21,634 nt of DNA from Myxococcota bacterium (lineage in GTDB: Bacteria; Myxococcota_A; UBA9042; PHBI01; JAWLBL01). Under the pieces are notes generated by a model. It worked only from the letters and a program-made list of their open reading frames with translations, did no database searches and was not told where the DNA came from. The position numbers and the translations under genes were made by a program. Below, piece by piece: positions 1 to 8,301 of this stretch (within the stretch, counting starts at the first letter, position 1; each line of letters begins with the position of its first letter). The stretch lies in contig JAWLBL010000020.1 of NCBI GenBank assembly GCA_041687695.1, positions 150,003 through 171,636 on the forward strand, given 5' to 3'.

Positions 1-176
1 CGGCGCCGCTGGCGGCGCCTGGGATGACGCATTGCCCCCGCACGCCGGCTCGCCGCGTCGTCCGCGGAGTGCCCCCGCTCGCGGGGGCTCGTTGGATCGC
101 GCCGCTCGCGGCGCCTGGGATGACGCGTTGCTTCCGCACGCCGGCTCGCCGGCTCGTCCCCGGGATGCCCCCGCCG
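1..176. repeat. REP/MITE-like palindromic extragenic repeat, about two degenerate copies with 96-bp period (runs off the window's left edge)
   Basis: GCGGCGCCTGGGATGACGC..CGCACGCCGGCTCGCCG occurs twice (CCTGGGATGAC at 18 and 114). The unit at 55-126 has near-complementary ends (GCGTCGTCC/GGATGACGC) and two internal hairpins (71-88, 99-114). It lies just downstream of the yceI stop. Confidence 0.7.
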
Positions 177-187
177 CGCTGGCGCCG

Positions 188-742
188 CTACGCCGAGGCC
201 GCCTGGGCCTGCGCAACCTTCACGGCTTGCACCTCGATCTCGATGTCGACCTTGTCGCCGACCAGCACGCCGCCGGCCTCGAGGGCCTGGTTCCACTTCA
301 GGCCGAACTCGCGCCGGTCGATGCTGGTCTTGCCCGCGAAGCCGACCTTGGTCTGGCCCCACGGGTCGGTGCCGCTGCCGCCGTACTCGACGTCCAGCGC
401 CACCTCGCGCGTCACGTCGCGGATGGTCAGCGCGCCGACCACCCGGTACTCGCCCTCGCCGGTCCGCTCGACCCGCGCGCTCTCGAAGGTCATCACCGGG
501 TACGCGTCCGCCTCGAAGAAGTCCGCCGACTTCAGGTGGCCGTCGCGCTGCTCGTTGCCGGTGTCGATGCTGCCGACCTCGACGCTCGCCTTGACCGACG
601 ACCGCGTCAGGTCCTGCTCGTCCAGCCGCAGCTCGCCGCTCCACTTCTTGAAGCTTCCCCGCACCTTCGCGAACACCATGTGCCGCACGCTGAAGTGCAC
701 CGCCGAGTGGGCCAGATCGATGTTCCAGGTCGCGTCGCTCAT
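188..742 (-). CDS. yceI: YceI-family lipid/polyisoprenoid-binding protein (184 aa)
   Basis: Typical YceI motifs: W.ID.AHS.V.F.VRHM..AKVRG.F, SIDTGNEQRDGHLKSADFF, LTIRDVTREV, DPWG..K.GF..K.IDR.EFG..WN..LE.GGVLVG..V. ATG at 742 has AGGAG (749-753) 6 nt upstream. Confidence 0.93.
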   Translation of the reverse strand: MSDATWNIDLAHSAVHFSVRHMVFAKVRGSFKKWSGELRLDEQDLTRSSVKASVEVGSIDTGNEQRDGHLKSADFFEADAYPVMTFESARVERTGEGEYRVVGALTIRDVTREVALDVEYGGSGTDPWGQTKVGFAGKTSIDRREFGLKWNQALEAGGVLVGDKVDIEIEVQAVKVAQAQAASA

Positions 743-998
743 GTCACTCTCCTGTGGGTTTGTGTCGTCTCTTTCGACACCCCAACCGTAACGCGACCCG
801 CCCCCACCCATTAGCCTCCACCTCGCGCACGCACCGTTCGCCTCAGCGAACAATCCGGCCCCCTCCGGGAACGCGTCACCTACACAGGTGACGTCGGGGC
901 GCGTGCGCCGCATACTCGGCGTGCAGACGGTGTTCCACATGGCGAAGGGCCGGCGCCCGGAGACCGCGGTACCCGCCCTCAGACTCGACGGAGGAGCG

Positions 999-1943
999 AT
1001 GCGTCAACACAAGCTGATCCTCATGGGGGGGCATCCCGAGCAGCTGCGTGTCCCCGCCGAGTTGCTGCACGACGCCCTGGGGCTGCTCCTGGAGGGGGCA
1101 CGACAGGCCGCGCGTCTGTTCGTGGAGGGCGCCTCCACGCGATCGGGCCCGCGTCCCGCCTGGCTGGACCCGGTCTGCCGCATCGACGTGACGTCGCTCA
1201 CGGCGGGCTCAGCGGCGCTGACACTCGAGGCGCCTGCGCTCGAAGAAGCGGACCCAGCCAGGTTCGGGGAAGGAGGACAGGGAACCCTGTTCGATGATCC
1301 CGGACGCCGAATCGCCCAGCAGACGGCCATCGACCTCTTTGGCACCGTGCTCGCGGCCGTCGTGGGGGGAGCGACCGACGATGTGCCGGCCGACCGCGCC
1401 ATCCTCGAGACGTGCAGCCGACTCGCTCGGGTCGCGGCCGGATCGTTCGACGGGGTCAGCCTCGAAGGGCTCAGCGACCGCAGCGGGCCCGTCACGGTGC
1501 GGCCAGCCGATGCGGAGGCCATCGATCGATTGCGCGACCAGACGCCCGATCCGCAGGCGGCGCGCGTCACGGGGCTCCTGGACACCATCTCGGCCTCTCG
1601 CGCCGAGGTGCTCATCCGGCTCGATGACGGGACTCGGCTTCCCTGTCGACTCGAAGCCCACGATCCCGACCTGCTCAGGCGCCTCTTTGGCGGCCGCGTG
1701 GTGGTGTCTGGGATCGCTCACTTTCGCCCAGCCGGGCAGCCCCTGCTCATGAGCGTCGAGCACCTCTCCGAGGCTCGCGACGCCGACGCACTCTTCACGG
1801 CCGCTCCAACCGCCAAGGCGCGCCGCGCCATCCCGCGCTCCGTCGGGCAAGACGCCGCGTCGGGCGTCGCATCCTTCTTCGGCACCTGGCCCGGCGACGA
1901 GAGCGACGAGGCTCTCCTCGACGCGCTGGAGGCCATCGGGTGA
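999..1943 (+). CDS. Hypothetical protein (~314 aa), putative large antitoxin/partner of the downstream PIN nuclease
   Basis: Long ORF with GC-rich codon usage and GGAGGAG just before ATG 999 (ATG 939 is an alternative start). The stop overlaps the PIN GTG start (GTGA 1940-1943). It ends in an acidic tail, FFGTWPGDESDEALLDALEAIG. Confidence 0.75.
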   Translation: MRQHKLILMGGHPEQLRVPAELLHDALGLLLEGARQAARLFVEGASTRSGPRPAWLDPVCRIDVTSLTAGSAALTLEAPALEEADPARFGEGGQGTLFDDPGRRIAQQTAIDLFGTVLAAVVGGATDDVPADRAILETCSRLARVAAGSFDGVSLEGLSDRSGPVTVRPADAEAIDRLRDQTPDPQAARVTGLLDTISASRAEVLIRLDDGTRLPCRLEAHDPDLLRRLFGGRVVVSGIAHFRPAGQPLLMSVEHLSEARDADALFTAAPTAKARRAIPRSVGQDAASGVASFFGTWPGDESDEALLDALEAIG

Positions 1944-2404
1944 GCGGTCGTCTGTACCTGCTAGACACCAACATCCTGCTGGCGCTCGTTCGCGGCGGCG
2001 ACTTCGGGCGAGCCATCGATGCCCGATTCGGGCTGCAGGCGGCCTCGACCCGGCCGCTGGTCAGCATCGTCACGCACGGCGAGATCAAGGTGATGGCCCG
2101 CCGCAATGGTTGGGGCGCGGCGAAGCTGGCTGCGCTGGAGCGAGCGTTGGACCAGGTCGTCACCGTCGACATCAATCATCCACGCGTCATCGACGCCTAT
2201 GTCGAGGTGGACCTCTACTCGCAGCAGCATCCAGAGGGAGCCCGCAACATGGGCAAGAACGACCTCTGGATTGCGGCCTGTGCCCACGCCGCCGACGCCG
2301 TCCTGCTCACGACCGACGCAGACTTCGGCCACATCCCAGACCAGCTCGTGACGGTCCAGATCATCACGCCCGGTTCGACGCGAGGAGCGACGGCCACTTC
2401 CTGA
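1940..2404 (+). CDS. vapC: PIN-domain ribonuclease, VapC-like toxin (154 aa)
   Basis: PIN acidic residues are intact: LLDTNILL, VTHGEI, KNDLWIAACA, LLTTDADF. Confidence 0.9.
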   Translation: MSGRLYLLDTNILLALVRGGDFGRAIDARFGLQAASTRPLVSIVTHGEIKVMARRNGWGAAKLAALERALDQVVTVDINHPRVIDAYVEVDLYSQQHPEGARNMGKNDLWIAACAHAADAVLLTTDADFGHIPDQLVTVQIITPGSTRGATATS

Positions 2405-2616
2405 GACCCTGGGGGACCACTGCAGGTGAGCCAGTCAGCCGCTGGTCCCCAACCGCTAAAGCCTACGCGGCCCGGGGGCCGCGCGACTCGTGTGGGGGCG
2501 TCGCGGTGCGCGCGCCTCAGGCGTCGACCGGCTCGGAGGGTGACCGAAGCGAGTGCGGCCCGAAGACCGCACCGCATCCCCTGGGACACGCCGGTTACCG
2601 CGCTGCCGGGCCCCCC

Positions 2617-2646
2617 TTGACGCATCCGTGCGATCGGGTCCAGCAT
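2617..2646 (+). promoter_or_regulatory. Possible sigma70-type promoter for the 2794 gene
   Basis: TTGACG (2617-2622), 18-nt spacer, CAGCAT (2641-2646) in an intergenic region. The -10 match is weak. Confidence 0.3.
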
Positions 2647-2793
2647 GGCCAGACCTACGAAATCGCCGGCCTCGTCCGCGCCACCCAGCCACCGCGGCTG
2701 AGGGCCTCTCCTGCACCGCGGGAGGCGCGCCCTGCAGTCCAGCCGCTCCGCACGGCGCCCTCGGGTCCGGCCCCGACTTCAGCGAGGCAAGCC

Positions 2794-3636
2794 ATGAACC
2801 TCCGCGCCATGCCCACGGGCGATCTCATCTTCGTGCTCGAGCAGATGCTCATCGCCGCACGCAAGGTCTGGGAGTCCCTCCCCATTCTGAAGGTCTTCCT
2901 GCCGATGGCCGACGCCGTCCTCCACGATCTGAAGACGGCCGCGGCGCCGGGCGGCAAGTCGTCCAGCTCCGACCCCGAGGTCGGCCGGAGCCTGGACCGC
3001 CGCGCCGAGCACTCCATTCGCGCCCTGTTCTACGCCATCAAGGTCGCCCAGTCCCTCGCCTTCGCCCGCGACGAAGCCGACCGCGGCCGCGAGTTCGAAC
3101 AGGCCGGCGACGACCTCTTCGGCAGTGGCCTGGCCTTCCTCGGCGCCGCCGTCCCGGCCCAGGTCGGCGAGACCTCGCGCCTCGGCACCCTCGCCGCGGC
3201 CCCTCCCATCGCCTCCCTCTTCGACGGCCTCGTCTTCGGCGACGTCACCTGGCCCCAGCTCCTCGCCCTCGTCGCCGAGCGCAACGAGGCCCTCCGCGGC
3301 CACGCCGCCCCCCTCGTCCCCCCGGCCGACCCGACCCCTCCGGCCCAGACCCTCACCCAGGCCCGCAACGCCGCCGTCTCGTTCCTGAACGACATCCTGC
3401 CCATCATCGACCGCGTCCTCCCCGCCTCCGACCCCCTCAACGCCGAGCCCCGCCGCCTCCTCCTCGGCGACCTCTCCGCCCGCGCCCTGGTCGCCGCCCG
3501 CAAGGCCAAGGCGGCCTCCTCGGCTTCCACGCCGGCCGTCCCGCCTGCCGACGCCCCCGACACCTCGGCCACCCCCGCCCCGGCCACCAGCCCGGTCGAC
3601 GCCCCGGCCCCCGCCGACGCCGAGCCCGTCGCCTGA
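2794..3636 (+). CDS. Hypothetical alpha-helical protein (280 aa) with a Pro/Ala-rich C-terminal tail; loosely reminiscent of DUF6261-like helical proteins
   Basis: Strong C-ending codon bias from ATG 2794, GAGG upstream, amphipathic helical sequence, and a hairpin after the stop. The family resemblance is by eye only. Confidence 0.8.
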   Translation: MNLRAMPTGDLIFVLEQMLIAARKVWESLPILKVFLPMADAVLHDLKTAAAPGGKSSSSDPEVGRSLDRRAEHSIRALFYAIKVAQSLAFARDEADRGREFEQAGDDLFGSGLAFLGAAVPAQVGETSRLGTLAAAPPIASLFDGLVFGDVTWPQLLALVAERNEALRGHAAPLVPPADPTPPAQTLTQARNAAVSFLNDILPIIDRVLPASDPLNAEPRRLLLGDLSARALVAARKAKAASSASTPAVPPADAPDTSATPAPATSPVDAPAPADAEPVA

Positions 3637-3647
3637 CGCCCTCCCTC

Positions 3648-3690
3648 GACCGCCGCCGGCCCGCTCCCCCCGAGCCGGCCGGCGGCGGTC
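3648..3690 (+). terminator. Strong GC hairpin (terminator or RNA-processing element)
   Basis: GACCGCCGCCGGCC (3648-3661) pairs perfectly with GGCCGGCGGCGGTC (3677-3690), plus an inner GCTC/GAGC stem. It begins 12 nt after the stop. There is no poly-T tail. Confidence 0.6.
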
Positions 3691-3725
3691 TCCTCCCTGA
3701 GCCCCCCTTCAGCTCGCCCCCCTCG

Positions 3726-4215
3726 CCCCTGTGTCGACCCTCGTCGCCGCTGGTCGCGATCACCTCGGCCCCTGTGTCGACCCCCGTCGCCGCTGATCGC
3801 GATCACCTCGGCCCCTGTGTCGACCCCCGTCGCCGCTGGTCGCGATCACCTCGGCCCCTGTGTCGACCCCCGTCGCCGCTGATCGCGATCACCTCGGCCC
3901 CTGTGTCGACCCCCGTCGCCGCTGATCGCGACCACCTCGGCCCCTGTGTCGACCCCCACGCCCACCTGATCGCGCTCCTTCGCCCCGTGTGTCGACCCCC
4001 GTCGCCGCTGATCGCGATCACCTCGGCCCCTGTGTCGACCCCCACGCCCACCTGATCGAACTCCTTAGCTCGCTGTATCGACCCCCATCGCAGCTGGTCG
4101 CGATCACCTCGGCCCCTGTGTCGACCCCAACGCCAACCTGATGGCGCTCCCTCGCATCCTGTATCGACCCCCGCCTCCCCCCAATCGACCAGCCCCGCGC
4201 CCACCCTCGACCCCA
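3726..4215. repeat. Non-coding tandem array, 43-bp unit, 11 copies plus a degenerate 12th
   Basis: GT(G/A)TCGAC starts at 3731, 3774, 3817, 3860, 3903, 3946, 3989, 4032, 4075, 4118 and 4161, with TCGACCCC in phase at 4207. Consensus: GTGTCGACCCCCGTCGCCGCTGATCGCGATCACCTCGGCCCCT. Confidence 0.97.
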
Positions 4216-4296
4216 CCGGTCGCCCGATCGCGCGACCGACCCGCGCCCCTCACCCCGGTCCAACTGTCAGATCCCTGCGCCTCCCGGCCTCTCGAC

Positions 4297-4371
4297 CTTG
4301 CCGGCGCTTGCCAGCCCCTCGGGCAACTCGCCGGCTTGCCAGCGCCCCGGCAAGAACGCTTGCCGGCAAGC
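4297..4371. promoter_or_regulatory. Cluster of TTGCC/GGCAA half-sites ending in a perfect 14-bp palindrome; putative operator
   Basis: CTTGCC at 4297, 4307, 4335 and 4359; GGCAA at 4322, 4349 and 4365; palindrome GCTTGCCGGCAAGC at 4358-4371, ~70 bp upstream of the 4442 ATG. Confidence 0.5.
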
Positions 4372-4441
4372 CGCCGTCGGCAGCCCAGCCCGCCCCCCAG
4401 CCCTACGCTGGCCGTCCAACCCGAACCCCGGAGCCCTGCCC

Positions 4442-6619
4442 ATGCGGATCGTCGAGCTCGTCCAGGCCCGAATCGAAGCGCTGTCCCTGACCCAGGACCA
4501 GGTGGCGATGACCTGGCTCGAGCGCTGGAACAAGCAGGCCGAGGCCAGCGGCGCCAAGGCCATGAAGGGCGCGACCCCGGCCCCCAAGCTGAGCAAGCTG
4601 CTCAAGGGCGACCTGAGCGGCATCAAGTTCTTCTTCGACGAGCGGGCCCGCGGCGCCGTCCTCCTCGACGTCCTCGACGTCACCGGCGACGGCCGCCAAA
4701 CCTACTTCGACGCCGCCGACGACGCCCTGAAGACCCATGGCGAGCTACCACCCAAGCTAATCGTCGACCTGGCGAGCTGCGGCCTCACCGGCGAGCCCTT
4801 CCTGAAGGTCTGCCAGACCCTCGAGTCCCTGCTGCTGGTCGATCCCAAGGTCAGCCCCATCGCCGTGGTCGTCACGAGCGAGCAGCACAACCACCTGCCG
4901 CGCCTGTGGGACGCGCACACCCAGGTCCACCAGGTCCCCGATGGCGAGACCGCCGACCTCGTCCGCAAGCTCGCTTCCGACGGCGCCCTGGCTCTCTCAG
5001 CCCGCCACCTGGTCCCGCTGTCCCACTGGCTCGCCGCCGACTTCCACCGCGACGGCCGCGTCCACTTCGACCCGTCCGACGGCCTCGACCGCTTCGCCCG
5101 CGACGGCCGCCTCCCTTCGGCCCCGGCCGTCGAGCACCTCATCGACGACGTCCTGACCAGCCCCGTCGCCCCCCTCCCGGTCGAGCAGACGGGCTCGGCC
5201 CTGCGTCGCCTCATCCTCGACCTCGCCGACGAGTCCCGCGCCCCCACCCACGGCCCCGCCCGCGAGCGCCAGGCCTACGCCCTGGCCCTGGGCATCCGCG
5301 CCACCAGCACCCCCGTCGAGCGCCGCGAAGCCGCCCTGCAACAGGCCGCAGCCCTCGTCGGCGTCCCCCTCACCTCGGGCACCGAGTCCGACCTGACCGA
5401 GGCCCTGGCCCGCGCCCACCGCCGCCCCACCGACCCCGTCGCCTACCGCATCGGCGACCGAATCGTCACCATCAACTGCCCCGGCGCCCCCTCCGACCAC
5501 CCCCTCATCGAGGCCCACACGATCGAACCGAGCCCCCCGGCCATCACCCGCCTCCTCGACCACATCGCCGCCTGGACCATGGCGGAGCTCCTCGAGGACC
5601 CGTTCCTGCTGCGCGCGACACGCGCCCTCGATCCGGAAGGTCGAGACAGCATGGCCTTCGTGCATGCGGCGGCCAGTGTGCTCCACGCCGGCCTCGCTCC
5701 CGTGCAGAGCGCCGAACCCATGCTCGATCCCTGGGGCCAGCTCTCGGCCGTCTTTGCGGACAACCCGCCCGAAGCGCGGCTCATCATTCGGAACGACGAC
5801 CTCAACGCCTCGCGTACCCAGGAGACCAAACCTCGGTGGCAGCAGCCTCGGGTGATTACGCAATCCCAGCGAGAAGCGCTCGAACCGGACTCTGTCCAGC
5901 CCTGGCTCCGCTTCGGCTGCCCGAGCACCGCCGACGCGCTGGTCGGTCGTGACGATTCGCCGTCGCTGATCACCTGGAACGATACTCAAAACGTATGGTC
6001 GCAAAGGCGCGGGCAGGCGGCAACCGTGCTGGCGCGAGCCGAAGATGTTCGGGACCCCGAACTTTGGGACGACTCCTTGCTTGCGAGTCTGGGGGACTCG
6101 TCGGCGGCGCAGCGCCTCGCAAACGAGTGCACTCGGGACCGCTGCGGCGGATTTCTCCGTAACCGCCGCCTCAAGCCCGTGGCCAAACCTCTCACCATCC
6201 CGGAGGGCCTCTGGCTCGAGACCGACCGCCTCGTCGGCCTCGCCTGGTACGCGCTGCGGCAGGCCTGCAAGGCCGGTGCGGGCGTCCAACTCCACGATGG
6301 CAGCGCCCTGGTGCCTCTGAGCGGCGCCGTGTTCGCGCAGCTCACTGCTTGGCGACGCCATCCCGGGCAGACCTCCCGGCTGGCCGCGCTCGTGACGCAC
6401 CTGCAGACGAGCTACACCGCTACCGTGACTCCAGTGACCCAGGTCGCCGCAACCCACATGATCGAGGGTGGCTTCAGCGGCGGCATGGAACGCGGCAGCT
6501 ACTCCATTAGCTCGCCCACCGGGCCCCTGCTCCCCCGTGAACTCATCGTCCACGGGCCCGGAGTCGCCGCCAGCATCCGTTTCGTCCCCAACGTCTTCGG
6601 CCCCGCCGTTTCGCCGTGA
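4442..6619 (+). CDS. Hypothetical protein (~725 aa) with a putative XRE/Cro-like HTH N-terminus
   Basis: Long ORF with GGAG (4430-4433) before ATG 4442. The N-terminus LVQARIEALSLTQDQVA...APKLSKLLKG...AVLLDVLDV resembles an XRE HTH with an insertion. The remainder is unrecognised. Confidence 0.75.
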   Translation: MRIVELVQARIEALSLTQDQVAMTWLERWNKQAEASGAKAMKGATPAPKLSKLLKGDLSGIKFFFDERARGAVLLDVLDVTGDGRQTYFDAADDALKTHGELPPKLIVDLASCGLTGEPFLKVCQTLESLLLVDPKVSPIAVVVTSEQHNHLPRLWDAHTQVHQVPDGETADLVRKLASDGALALSARHLVPLSHWLAADFHRDGRVHFDPSDGLDRFARDGRLPSAPAVEHLIDDVLTSPVAPLPVEQTGSALRRLILDLADESRAPTHGPARERQAYALALGIRATSTPVERREAALQQAAALVGVPLTSGTESDLTEALARAHRRPTDPVAYRIGDRIVTINCPGAPSDHPLIEAHTIEPSPPAITRLLDHIAAWTMAELLEDPFLLRATRALDPEGRDSMAFVHAAASVLHAGLAPVQSAEPMLDPWGQLSAVFADNPPEARLIIRNDDLNASRTQETKPRWQQPRVITQSQREALEPDSVQPWLRFGCPSTADALVGRDDSPSLITWNDTQNVWSQRRGQAATVLARAEDVRDPELWDDSLLASLGDSSAAQRLANECTRDRCGGFLRNRRLKPVAKPLTIPEGLWLETDRLVGLAWYALRQACKAGAGVQLHDGSALVPLSGAVFAQLTAWRRHPGQTSRLAALVTHLQTSYTATVTPVTQVAATHMIEGGFSGGMERGSYSISSPTGPLLPRELIVHGPGVAASIRFVPNVFGPAVSP

Positions 6620-6789
6620 TCCTGCTCGAACAGTCTGGGGCGGGCTCGAACTCGGGGAACGGCGACGGCTGAACACTCGGCCTCCCGGTGCACCCACCGT
6701 GCGCCGGAGAGGCCGCCCTTGCACCTGCGTCGAGCCGCGCGTTAGCTTCGCCCCGCAAACGCGCTGAGCACGGCCCACGAGAGACGACG

Positions 6790-8301
6790 ATGACCATGAC
6801 CAGGTCGAAGCCTAAGACGGAGTCCGAGGTCAGCCCTCTGGGCGGGCACCTGTGGGAGGCCGCGAACATCCTTCGGGGCAGCCCGGTCGACCGCACGGAC
6901 TGGAAGAGCTACATCCTGCCGCTGCTCTTCTTCAAGCGCATCTGCGACGTGTGGGACGAGGAGCACGCCGAGATGCTGGCGACCTATGGCGAGGACTTCG
7001 CCGACCAGCACCGCTTCCAGATCCCCGAGGGCTGCCACTGGCGAGACGTGCGCGCGGCCGCCAAGAACGTCGGCACGGCCCTCGCCAACGCGATGCGCGG
7101 GGTCGAGGCCGCCAACCAGAAGCACCTTTACGGCGTCTTCGGCGACGCGCAGTGGACCAACAAGGACCGGCTGCCCGACGAGCTGCTCAAGGACCTGGTC
7201 GAGCACTTCTCGGCCCTGCCGCTGGGCAACCAGGACGTGGCCTCGGACGTCATCGGCGACGCCTACGAGTACCTCATCAAGAAGTTCGCCGACGCGACCA
7301 ACAAGAAGGCCGGCGAGTTCTATACCCCACGCAGCGTTGTGCGCCTGATGGTCGACATCCTGGACCCGGCCGAGGGCGAGACGGTCTACGACCCGGCCTG
7401 CGGCACCGGCGGCATGCTGCTGGCCGCGGTGGCCCACGTCCGCGACCGCGGCGGTGACCCGCGCACCTTCTTCGGCAAGCTGTACGGCCAGGAGAAGAAC
7501 CTGACCACCGCGGCCGTCGCCCGCATGAACCTGTTCCTACATGGGATCGAGGACTTCGCCGTCGAGCGCGGCGATACCCTGCGCGACCCCATCTTCACCG
7601 ACCCGTCGACCGGCGGCCTCGCGACCTTCGACGTGGTGATCGCCAACCCGCCGTTTTCGCTGGCCCAGTGGGGACGCGAGCTTTGGGAGTCCGACCCCTG
7701 GGGACGCGCCTTCGCCGGTCTGCCGACCGACAGCAACGGCGACATGGCCTGGGTCCAGCACATGGTCCGGTCGATGGCCCCGCGCAAGGGCCGCATGGCC
7801 GTGGTGCTGCCGCAGGGCGCCCTGTTCCGCGGCGGGGTCGAGGCGCGGATTCGCCAACACCTGCTGCAGGCCGACCTGGTCGAGGCGGTCATAGGCCTGG
7901 CCCCCAACCTGTTCTACGGCACCGGCCTCGCCGCCTGCGTGCTGGTCCTGCGGCAGTCCAAGCCGCCGGCTCGCAAGGGCAAGGTGCTGATCGCAGACGC
8001 CTCGTCCCTGTTCCGCAAGGGCCGCGCCCAGAACTTCCTCGAGCCCGAGCACGCCGAAGCGATCCTGGGATGGGTTCAGGGCTTCGAAGAGGTCGAGGAC
8101 CGCACCCGCGTCGTGGCGCTGGACGAGATCGAGAAGGAGGGCTGGACCCTCAACATCTCGCGCTACGTCCTGCCGCCCATCGGGGCCGACATCCCGCCGC
8201 TGCCCGAGGCCATCGCCGCCTTCAAGGACGCGCTGGCCCGCGCCCGCGAAGCCGAGGACGAGCTGCGCCGGGTGATGACCGAAGGCGGCTGGCTCGAGTG
8301 A
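6790..8301 (+). CDS. hsdM: Type I R-M methyltransferase subunit M1 (NPPF, predicted m6A)
   Basis: HsdM_N (LWEAANILRG...YILPLLFFKR), GEFYTPRSVV, motif I YDPACGTGG, motif IV ANPPF, NLFYGT. Start is ATG 6790 or 6796. Confidence 0.95.
   Translation: MTMTRSKPKTESEVSPLGGHLWEAANILRGSPVDRTDWKSYILPLLFFKRICDVWDEEHAEMLATYGEDFADQHRFQIPEGCHWRDVRAAAKNVGTALANAMRGVEAANQKHLYGVFGDAQWTNKDRLPDELLKDLVEHFSALPLGNQDVASDVIGDAYEYLIKKFADATNKKAGEFYTPRSVVRLMVDILDPAEGETVYDPACGTGGMLLAAVAHVRDRGGDPRTFFGKLYGQEKNLTTAAVARMNLFLHGIEDFAVERGDTLRDPIFTDPSTGGLATFDVVIANPPFSLAQWGRELWESDPWGRAFAGLPTDSNGDMAWVQHMVRSMAPRKGRMAVVLPQGALFRGGVEARIRQHLLQADLVEAVIGLAPNLFYGTGLAACVLVLRQSKPPARKGKVLIADASSLFRKGRAQNFLEPEHAEAILGWVQGFEEVEDRTRVVALDEIEKEGWTLNISRYVLPPIGADIPPLPEAIAAFKDALARAREAEDELRRVMTEGGWLE

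Noticed and set aside
743..998. Integrase, att site or IS boundary for the island
   Set aside because: No transposase, integrase, tRNA or flanking direct repeat could be identified in the window.
2110..2793. N-terminal extension of the 508-aa ORF 2110-3636
   Set aside because: It overlaps the PIN gene and is low-complexity Arg/Pro/Gly sequence. Codon bias and RBS support ATG 2794.
3726..4215. CRISPR or TIGR-like guide array
   Set aside because: Units are near-identical tandem copies of two subtypes with no unique spacers. No cas or Nop-domain gene is recognisable in the window.
7668..8297. N-terminal extensions of ORF 7668-10256 (and likewise of 11107-12957)
   Set aside because: Off-frame read-through inside the hsdM genes. 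The real domains begin at 8298/8301 and 11767.
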